This document shows positions 30,942-37,904 of a stretch of DNA of 64,000 nt, in pieces; position 1 is the first letter of the stretch; the number at the start of each line of letters is the position of its first letter. The position numbers were made by a program, and so were the translations under genes. This stretch comes from Roseobacter sp. (GTDB lineage Bacteria; Pseudomonadota; Alphaproteobacteria; Rhodobacterales; Rhodobacteraceae): contig JAGXGZ010000028.1 in NCBI GenBank assembly GCA_024636495.1, positions 30,750-94,749 of the forward strand. The letters are read 5' to 3'. The notes beneath the pieces were generated by a model, which saw only the letters and a program-made list of their open reading frames with translations, ran no database searches and was not told where the DNA came from.

Positions 30942-32705
30942 ATGGCTGATATCGAAACCGAAGTTCTTGTTATCGGCACCGGGCCTGCCGGATCAACGAC
31001 GGCTGCCTTGTTGTCAACTTACGGTGTGCCCAACGTCGTGATCAATCGCTATCATTGGCTGGCCAATACCCCGCGTGCGCATATCACCAATCAACGCACG
31101 ATGGAGGTTCTACGCGATCTTGGCCGCGAGGTCGAAGACGAGGTTTATCTTAACGCGATGGATCAAAGCCTGATGGGCGAGAACGTTTTCTGCGAAAGCC
31201 TCGCAGGCGAGGAAATCGGTCGGATGAAGTCCTGGGGCACGCATCCCCTGTCCAAGGCGGAACATCTGCTATCCTCGCCGTCTTTCATGAACGATCTGCC
31301 CCAGACCTTTATGGAACCAATCCTGTTCAAGACCGCTTGCAAGCGTGGCACCCGCGCCCGGATGAGCACAGAGTATCAAAGCCATGTTCAAGACGCCGAC
31401 GGTGTCACAACGACATGCCTTGATCGGATGACAGGGCAACAGATTACCATTCGTTCGAAATACCTTGTCGGTGCTGATGGCGGCAATTCTTTGGTCGCCG
31501 AAACGGAAAATCTACCCTTTGAAGGCCAGATGGGCGTGGGCGGGTCGATGAACATCTACTTTCGGGCAGATCTGTCCAAATACGTCAAACACCGCCCGTC
31601 GGTTCTTTATTGGGTGATGCAACCCGGTGCTGACGTGGGCGGCATCGGCATGGGGCTTGTGCGCTGCATCCGCCCTTGGAACGAATGGCTGATCGTTTGG
31701 GGGTATGACATCAACGAACCGGCCCCCGTCGTGGATGCCAAGATGGCGACCGATGTGGCGCGCCAACTGGTGGGTGATCCCGAACTGGAGATCGAGCTGA
31801 TCAACGCCAATACGTGGACTGTGAATGACACCTATGCCACGCAAATGTCCAAGGGACGTGTGTTCATTATGGGCGACGCGGCGCATAGACACCCGCCGTC
31901 TAACGGGCTGGGGTCGAACACGTCTATTCAGGATGCATTCAATCTGGCATGGAAGCTGGCCGCCGTGCTTAAAGGGCAGGCGGGTCCGGCATTGCTTGAC
32001 AGCTATACAACCGAACGCGCCCCGATTGCCAAGCAGATCGTGACCCGTGCCAACCAGTCTATCGGAGAGTTCGGCCCGATTTTCCAGGCATTGGGCATGA
32101 CCGGTGGCACGGATGTCGAAAAAATCCAGGCAAACATGGATGCGCGCTGCGATTCCACGCCAGACGCCGAAGCGCAGCGCACCGCGTTGAACGAGGCGAT
32201 TGCTTTCAAGAAGTACGAATTTGATGCGCACGGCGTCGAGATGAACCAACGCTACTGTTCAGATGCGATCGTGACCGACGGGCAGATGGAGCCTGATTTC
32301 ACCCTTGACGCGGATCTGCACTACCAGCCCACCACGTGGCCGGGGGCCCGTATTCCTCATGTCTGGCTGTTCGATGCGCAGGGCAACAAATGCTCGAGCT
32401 TGGATCTTGCCGGGCACGGCGTGTTCACGCTGTTCACCGGGCTGGGCGGCAAGGCATGGGCGGACGCGGCGGCGCAGGTTGCGTCAGACATGGGCATCGT
32501 GATCGAGGCGCATGTGATCGGACCACGCCAGCAGTATGTTGACCACACTGGCGATTGGGCGCGCGCGCGCGAAGTGGGCGATGCCGGGTGCATCATCACG
32601 CGCCCCGACCAACATGTCTGCTGGCGTCATGACGGCGGCGAGGTTGATCATGCAAGCGAGCTTTTGCGTGTGTTGCGTACAATTCTTGCAAAACAGGAGG
32701 GCTAA
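30942..32705 (+). CDS. Single-component FAD-dependent phenol monooxygenase (TfdB/resorcinol-hydroxylase-like)
   Basis: GTGPAG, PRAHITNQRTME, LVGADG, GDAAHRHPPSNGLGSNT, C-terminal thioredoxin-like RPDQHV. GGAGA upstream of ATG 30942. Confidence 0.88.
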   Translation: MADIETEVLVIGTGPAGSTTAALLSTYGVPNVVINRYHWLANTPRAHITNQRTMEVLRDLGREVEDEVYLNAMDQSLMGENVFCESLAGEEIGRMKSWGTHPLSKAEHLLSSPSFMNDLPQTFMEPILFKTACKRGTRARMSTEYQSHVQDADGVTTTCLDRMTGQQITIRSKYLVGADGGNSLVAETENLPFEGQMGVGGSMNIYFRADLSKYVKHRPSVLYWVMQPGADVGGIGMGLVRCIRPWNEWLIVWGYDINEPAPVVDAKMATDVARQLVGDPELEIELINANTWTVNDTYATQMSKGRVFIMGDAAHRHPPSNGLGSNTSIQDAFNLAWKLAAVLKGQAGPALLDSYTTERAPIAKQIVTRANQSIGEFGPIFQALGMTGGTDVEKIQANMDARCDSTPDAEAQRTALNEAIAFKKYEFDAHGVEMNQRYCSDAIVTDGQMEPDFTLDADLHYQPTTWPGARIPHVWLFDAQGNKCSSLDLAGHGVFTLFTGLGGKAWADAAAQVASDMGIVIEAHVIGPRQQYVDHTGDWARAREVGDAGCIITRPDQHVCWRHDGGEVDHASELLRVLRTILAKQEG

Positions 32706-32708
32706 GCA

Positions 32709-33590
32709 ATGTCTACGCAAGAAAAAGGGTATTTCACCGAGGAAAACTCCGCCGATGTTGTGGTGTCGCGGATCGGGCCGTCAACCGATGCGCGGCTTGC
32801 GCGGGTCATGGCCGCGATCACGCGTCATTTGCATGCCGCGGTAAAGGAGGTTGAGCCCACCCAAGAAGAATGGATGGCGGCCATCCAGTTTTTGACCAAG
32901 ACCGGACATAAATGCGACGACTGGCGTCAGGAGTTCATTTTGCTAAGCGACGTGATGGGCGTCTCGATGCTGGTTGATGCGATCAACAACCGCAAGCCAT
33001 CGGGTGCCTCCGAAAGCACGGTTTTGGGTCCTTTTCATGTGCCCGATGTGCCGGAATTGCCGATGGGGGCGAACATCTGCCTGGACGGCAAAGGGGACCC
33101 TATGCTGATCAAGGGCCGGATTGTCGGGACAGACGGCGCGCCGCTTGCGGGGGTCAAGCTTGATGTCTGGCAGACCAACGACGACGGCTTTTACGACGTC
33201 CAGCAAAAAGGTATTCAGCCCGACTTTAATCTGCGGGGGGTATTTCGCACAGCCGACGACGGGACCTATCACTTTTGGGGCGCAAAGCCACGTTTTTATC
33301 CGATCCCCGATGACGGCCCGGTGGGGCAGCTGCTGGGCAAGCTGGGACGGCACCCTTACCGTCCCGCGCATCTGCATTTCATTTTGGAGGCGGCAGGGTT
33401 CGAGACGCTGATCACCCATATCTTTGATCCCGACGACAGGTACATCCACTCGGACGCCGTGTTTGGGGTCAAGGAAAGCCTTTTGGCCAAGTTTGATCTG
33501 ATCGAAGATCCGGTGCGCATTTCAGCCGAAGGTGCCCAAGGCCCGTTCTATGAGGTCGTGCATAATTTCGTCCTCGCGCCGACAACATGA
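32709..33590 (+). CDS. Intradiol ring-cleavage dioxygenase, hydroxyquinol 1,2-dioxygenase type
   Basis: RQEFILLSD, LGPFH, GFYD, FYPIPDDGPVG and RPAHLH iron-ligand motifs. Confidence 0.88.
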   Translation: MSTQEKGYFTEENSADVVVSRIGPSTDARLARVMAAITRHLHAAVKEVEPTQEEWMAAIQFLTKTGHKCDDWRQEFILLSDVMGVSMLVDAINNRKPSGASESTVLGPFHVPDVPELPMGANICLDGKGDPMLIKGRIVGTDGAPLAGVKLDVWQTNDDGFYDVQQKGIQPDFNLRGVFRTADDGTYHFWGAKPRFYPIPDDGPVGQLLGKLGRHPYRPAHLHFILEAAGFETLITHIFDPDDRYIHSDAVFGVKESLLAKFDLIEDPVRISAEGAQGPFYEVVHNFVLAPTT

Positions 33591-33621
33591 TCGGCGTTTG
33601 AAACGCCAATGCCGATGTGCG

Positions 33622-34172
33622 AGCCTTGTTGCAAAAATCGGTCTGAGGGTGAGTGGACCCCATTTGCCAAAGGGACTTAGCCTTCTGCCGGGGTGACAGG
33701 TATGCAATAAGGGAGTAGCGGTTGAGGACCGCGTTGCGGGTTTGGATTTCCGCGACCTGCCTTTCAAAGTTTCGCGCCATGAACGACTGGCCAGTATAAT
33801 CAAACAATGCGCTTTTGTTTCAACGCGGCTTCGGCGGTGGTATCGGCGTCCCCAAATACCGTTGGGCGTAGGCCGGATCGAGGCGGCATTTGCTTCGGCG
33901 CGCGTCCACTTCCCGGCAGTGCATGCCCGCATGCTCAAGAGGGGGCTTAAAAAGGCTTGGCATTCTTGCGCGGTGGGACGACCATATGCGTGTCTTGGGC
34001 GGCAATTGCCTTGCGGCATTTACGGGTGTCATGCGCCCCGTCTTCGGTAACACTGCCGATGTGTTGATCGGATGGGATTTGGTTCAGCAGCTTGGGTAGC
34101 ATGGGTGTATGCGCGATGGTGCTGCTGATGACTACGAAGGCTCGTACTTCCCGCGTTTCGTCGTCGATACCC
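33622..34172 (-). pseudogene. Decayed 3' half of an IS5-family (IS903-group) transposase with right inverted repeat
   Basis: Fragments GIDDETREVRA...DGAHDTRKC...PPRKNAK, YHRRSRVETK and RQVAEIQTRNAVLN lie in different frames. AGCCTTGTTGCAAAAATC at 33622 resembles the IS903 end GGCTTTGTTGAATAAATC. Confidence 0.8.
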
Positions 34173-34458
34173 CCTCTCGGCAGCATGTTGTGCATGCGCC
34201 TGTCGAAACGGCAGCATGACGCTTGGCAGGCAGAACGCGATCTTCGGTCTCGTCCGAGGTTGAGGTCTTTTCGCCGCGTGTGACCCAGACTTGCAGGTCG
34301 TTGACCGCATAGACGACACGCCCCCCGATTTTGGAGTAGTGCGGGCCGGTTCCGTAGGTGCGATGTTTCTCGAGGGTGCGGCCTGAAAGGCCGAGGAAAT
34401 GGGCGGCTTCAGGGGTTCTGAGGTAGCGGGGCGGAATTCCTTCGTTGGGGTCGGGCAT
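34132..34458 (-). CDS. rdfS: AlpA/MerR-like HTH excisionase (RdfS-like recombination directionality factor); tail runs into IS DNA
   Basis: RYLRTPEAAHFLGLSGRTLEKHRTYGTGP..SKIGGRVVYAV is the typical ICE RdfS signature; GGAGA RBS. Confidence 0.85.
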   Translation of the reverse strand: MPDPNEGIPPRYLRTPEAAHFLGLSGRTLEKHRTYGTGPHYSKIGGRVVYAVNDLQVWVTRGEKTSTSDETEDRVLPAKRHAAVSTGACTTCCREGVSTTKRGKYEPS

Positions 34459-34540
34459 CTGAGTATCTCCGGTGGCTAGGCCTCGCGGCGGCGCGCTGCG
34501 GGCTGTCGGAGGTCATCAAAACGAAAAACGGCCATGTAGA

Positions 34541-34576
34541 GGGATGACGAAGATCGCAACGCAAAAACGTCACCCC
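34541..34576 (-). promoter_or_regulatory. Inverted repeat upstream of rdfS, candidate FseA activator box
   Basis: GGGATGACG-N18-CGTCACCCC (8/9 match). Confidence 0.55.
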
Positions 34577-34634
34577 CTTGTTGCGGACCGATGCTGGGAG
34601 GGGAAAGTGCTGGTGAGTCAGGTGCTCTCGGTGA

Positions 34635-35138
34635 TTATTTGCGCCGTTTGTTCTGTTTTGTTGGACCTCGACCGAGAAGCAAAAGGCGATAGCCTTTGTT
34701 GGTCAGGTGCGTTCCATGGGCAGATAGGCGGATGATCTGGGCCTTAAGGGATCTGGTCTTCCAGTGCTCGCGCGACACCGCTTCCGCACCGAATAAATGC
34801 CGCGCGATTTGCTGGTAACTGGCGCTGTCCCGACGCGCATCAAGCGTGCGAAGCGCAAGCAGAATGCGGCGGCGTTGCTGCATGGTTAGGGGCGAAACTG
34901 ATCGTTTGCGGTTTGTCAGTTGTGCGTGAAGTGACTTGAGCGCTTCCAGGCGGACCGTCCAATGTTCGTCCAGTGGCAGCAAGATGCCAGCAGGGCGGTT
35001 AATTGTCTTTGCGTCCAGAACGACCAAAGCACCGGTTGGCAGACGCACATACATCTGACCGTCCTGCGTCCCGATGACGGTGAGATCATCTTCATCGATG
35101 CGGCGCAGGTGTTTCGTCTCCAGGAACTGGCGCAACAT
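34635..35138 (-). CDS. fseA: DUF2285-domain 3' part of an FseA-like activator
   Basis: ALRTLDARRDSASYQQIARHLFG...W...SLKAQIIRL...GYRLLL pattern; lies between the DUF6499 ORF and rdfS. Confidence 0.8.
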   Translation of the reverse strand: MLRQFLETKHLRRIDEDDLTVIGTQDGQMYVRLPTGALVVLDAKTINRPAGILLPLDEHWTVRLEALKSLHAQLTNRKRSVSPLTMQQRRRILLALRTLDARRDSASYQQIARHLFGAEAVSREHWKTRSLKAQIIRLSAHGTHLTNKGYRLLLLGRGPTKQNKRRK

Positions 35139-35206
35139 ATCCGACCGCCGCCGGAGCGACGGATGGGTTCCAGAACAGGCGAGCGTTTAGGGCGTCGATA
35201 TCCGGA

Positions 35207-35377
35207 TCAACCGGGAAATCGTAACCCCCATGCAGCCAGCGATTTTTGTCCTTCCCGCAACTGCGGGTAATCTGCGCGATAATCGGAATTGCGGCGCAAA
35301 CATTCCCAAGCCATCCCGGACAAATCCAGGCTCTTGAAATGTGCATATGCCGCATCGTCGCGCCAGTCCTTGGTCAT
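35207..35377 (-). CDS. fseA: DUF6499 5' part of an FseA-like activator (msi172-like), ending in a frameshift motif
   Basis: WRDDAAY, AWECLRRNSDY and AWGLRFP; GGAG RBS before ATG 35377. Confidence 0.82.
   Translation of the reverse strand: MTKDWRDDAAYAHFKSLDLSGMAWECLRRNSDYRADYPQLREGQKSLAAWGLRFPG
35213..35233 (-). other. +1 programmed ribosomal frameshift motif
   Basis: GCA TGG GGG TTA CGA TTT CCC fits the msi172-type TGG.GGN.NTN.NNN.TTT.C consensus as I recall it; the +1 frame continues FPVDPD...LFW. Confidence 0.75.
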
Positions 35378-35507
35378 GGCGAAGCTCCGCGTCAGCGTTT
35401 TGATAAAGTGGAAATATAGCGTCCCGCGACGGGCAGGCGACGTCTTGACGGGTTGACGCACGCAACTTGGGCGCGAACTTGCCGATTTGTCGGAGAATGG
35501 GCGACGT

Positions 35508-35780
35508 TCAGCCTTTGCGGCCCTCTAGCAGCTTGCGGTAGCCGTGTTCCGTCATCCAACGCGCGTGGGCGAGGTGGCTGTCATAGACAATTTGAGCGCG
35601 GTCCGGTTCCTTTTCCGCATCGATTCCGAACAGAATCTGGCAGATTTCCTGTAAAGTGGCCCCGCTTTCTGCAGCATCGAATAGGCGCAGATAGAGCGTC
35701 ATGTGCGCGTGGTCATATTCGGTCAAAGAGTCGCCCTGTGGTGCAAGGTCAGAGATCGGCGCGGTGCCGGTAGTAGGCAT
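35508..35780 (-). CDS. qseM: QseM-like antiactivator
   Basis: LTEYDHAHMTLYLRLFDAAESGA...ILFGID...PDRAQIVYDSHLAHARWMTEHGYRKLL matches the QseM family; divergent from an XRE gene. Confidence 0.8.
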   Translation of the reverse strand: MPTTGTAPISDLAPQGDSLTEYDHAHMTLYLRLFDAAESGATLQEICQILFGIDAEKEPDRAQIVYDSHLAHARWMTEHGYRKLLEGRKG

Positions 35781-35871
35781 GATTCCCCCTCGCCCTTGGG
35801 GCGTTTTGGTCCATACAAGCACATCCGGTTGCGCATGCAAGGTCGGATTGCGGTCAGTCAAACTGCAAATC

Positions 35872-35900
35872 GGTATTATAATACGTCGCACCAAAATACG
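35872..35900. promoter_or_regulatory. Tandem controller-protein operators (OL/OR-like)
   Basis: GGTATTATAATACG (35872-35885) and CGCACCAAAATACG (35887-35900), 15-bp period; 13/14 and 10/14 matches to the palindrome CGTATTATAATACG. Confidence 0.65.
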
Positions 35901-35921
35901 CGATAGGCTTTTTACCTGCGG

Positions 35922-36143
35922 ATGGATATCCGCGTTATTTTTGCAAGGAATCTAAAGCACTACCGCGAACAGCGCGGGCTAACGCAGGCCGCATTGGCCG
36001 CGGCAATGGATGTCGACCGCGCCCATGTCAGCGCGATGGAGCGTGCCAAACAAAACGTGACCTTGCAGACCCTTCAGCGTCTGGCGGAGCATTTGGAGCT
36101 GGAGCCAGCGAAGCTGATCAAAGAACGTGCCGATAGCGTGTAG
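35922..36143 (+). CDS. qseC: XRE-family controller protein, QseC-like
   Basis: FARNLKHYREQRGLTQAALA...DRAHVSAMER...NVTLQTL HTH_3 pattern; no obvious SD sequence. Confidence 0.82.
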   Translation: MDIRVIFARNLKHYREQRGLTQAALAAAMDVDRAHVSAMERAKQNVTLQTLQRLAEHLELEPAKLIKERADSV

Positions 36144-36256
36144 GGTTGGTGGAACTTGCAATTAATGCCTGGAAAAAGCCGGTTGGTGGAAAAGGCCGCG
36201 TCAACGCGGGCGGCAAGCATAAGGACCTAACGATCGGGCGACTAACGGTTCTTGGG

Positions 36257-36574
36257 CTACGGCTTGCGTGACTTGCTGCGCTGGGTCCAATCGGCCCCGG
36301 CATAGGTCACGGCGTGGATATACACCTCGCGCGCGTTGTCATCGACGGTGAAGGCGACCAAGGCCTTTCGGCCTGCAGGAATTGCGCGCAGCCCGGGCGC
36401 GATCTCATCGCGGCGACTGCCCTTGTGCGGAACGTCTGCCAAACTACCGATGGTTGCCTCTATCTCGTCCAGTCGACGCGCAGCCGATTGCGGACCGGAA
36501 TAGTCGATCAGCCAGCGCGCGATGGCACCAAGATCGTCCGCGACCGCCGGATGAAGCCGGACGCGATAGCTCAC
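36257..36574 (-). CDS. Type II toxin, RelE/ParE family
   Basis: YRVRLHPAVADDL...PHKGSRRDEIAPGLR; overlaps the upstream antitoxin. Confidence 0.85.
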   Translation of the reverse strand: MSYRVRLHPAVADDLGAIARWLIDYSGPQSAARRLDEIEATIGSLADVPHKGSRRDEIAPGLRAIPAGRKALVAFTVDDNAREVYIHAVTYAGADWTQRSKSRKP

Positions 36575-36840
36575 GCTTCGCGCGCGGCCTGCAGCCGGGC
36601 CCGTGCAGGGGCAAACGTGTCCTCGGCCGAAACATAGTCAGCACGCGGTGTCTCAAGACGCACTCTGATCTCCTCGGCCATCGCCCCAAGGGCCAACTCG
36701 CGTTCTTCTTCATCACGGATCATCTGTTCAAGCGCCGTCGCGACAGCCGCGCTTTGTGAAGCGAAAACGCCTTGTCCGACCTTGTCGGTAAGGAACCGAT
36801 GGTGGCGGTCGGTGAAGCTCAGCGTTGTTTTGACGGTCAT
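36571..36840 (-). CDS. ParD-like ribbon-helix-helix antitoxin
   Basis: KTTLSFTD...G.FASQSAAV RHH pattern, acidic tail, GGAGG RBS. Confidence 0.82.
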   Translation of the reverse strand: MTVKTTLSFTDRHHRFLTDKVGQGVFASQSAAVATALEQMIRDEEERELALGAMAEEIRVRLETPRADYVSAEDTFAPARARLQAAREA

Positions 36841-36854
36841 GGCGGCCTCCAGGG

Positions 36855-36869
36855 TATGACTTAGTCATA
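36855..36869. promoter_or_regulatory. Palindromic autoregulatory operator of the TA pair
   Basis: TATGACT-T-AGTCATA, 14 nt upstream of the antitoxin ATG. Confidence 0.65.
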
Positions 36870-37056
36870 TACATGAAGGCGCGCGGGTGGGCAACTACCT
36901 TGCGAAGGGCAGTATCCGGAATTTCGCTGCGGGTGCATGCAATGCATGGAGCGACGCTAAAAGATGACATCCCAAAATGTGCGTGTTTTGCGGAACTTTT
37001 TGAAAATGGTCGGCGAAATTCAGCCTCTGAGGTCAAATTGGTTAAGCGCTCCTAAG

Positions 37057-37788
37057 CTATTTATTTTGTTGTGTTCGATTGTAAAGCTCGCGGACAAAAA
37101 CTGAATGCTGCCCTTTCTGAAATACAACATGTAGCTCTTGCTCTGAGCGGGTCACGGCGACATAGAATTCACGCTTTTCAGCGTTCATCTTATTCGGATC
37201 GCTCTTGCTTCGCCAATTTGGTATTACGTCATTGTTCATTCCCAGCAGGGTGACAGCGCGAAATTCTCGACCTTTTGAACTGTGAAACGTGCTTAGGTTA
37301 ATAGCGCCAGTTCCGGAAGAGTATCCACAAAACTGAGCCATTTTGAGGTCCGCGCCGCCTTTCTTGGCGGGGTCTGTCCTCCCAATCATTTCATCTACAT
37401 TATCCCAGTGTTCCGATATCGTGCGCGTTCGAGCAAACCAAGGTGATAAAATATCGCGTTTGAAGTCGAGCAGCCAAGAGTGGGTCGAGGCCGCCCCGTC
37501 CATAGGGATAAGGAAGGTAATGAGCTCATGTTCAATTTGGCGCTTCTCCTCATCCGAGGCGGTCCCGCCGTACACCAAAGAAATCGCATCATAGTAAAGC
37601 CGCTGAAATCTTGGTTCAGCAGTTTTCCAACCTCCGACAACCCATTGAGCGCATCTTTCTACAAACCTCGAAACTGGCGAGTTTCTCTTTATCAGGGCTT
37701 TGTTGTCTGCCCGTACCACTGGCACACCTTTGAAACCGGAGGCCGTCGAACTCAGCCTGCAGGCGATGTTCTTTGCTGGGCTTTCCAT
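37057..37788 (-). pseudogene. Chimeric ORF: short ICE-derived N-terminus fused to the C-terminal half of a UvrD/SF1 helicase
   Basis: Motif V STFHSSKGREF and motif VI REFYVAVTRSE present, no Walker A/B; low GC; GAGGAGG RBS before MESPAKNIACRL. Confidence 0.7.
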
Positions 37789-37816
37789 CGATGCCTCCTC
37801 TCTTTGGTGGGGATGG

Positions 37817-37845
37817 AAAAAGGGCCCACCGTTTCCGATGGGCCC
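37817..37845 (-). terminator. Intrinsic terminator after parB
   Basis: Minus strand reads GGGCCCATCG-GAAA-CGGTGGGCCC-TTTTT. Confidence 0.7.
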
Positions 37846-37904
37846 AAGGTGTCCGGTGGGGCGGGCGGCCTGGGGGACGGTTTGGGCCCGACCAACCGGA
37901 TGCG

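Noticed and set aside
37057-37788. Calling this a functional Gabija or other defence system
   Set aside because: Only half a helicase with no Walker motifs and no partner nuclease in the window; kept only as a fossil hypothesis.
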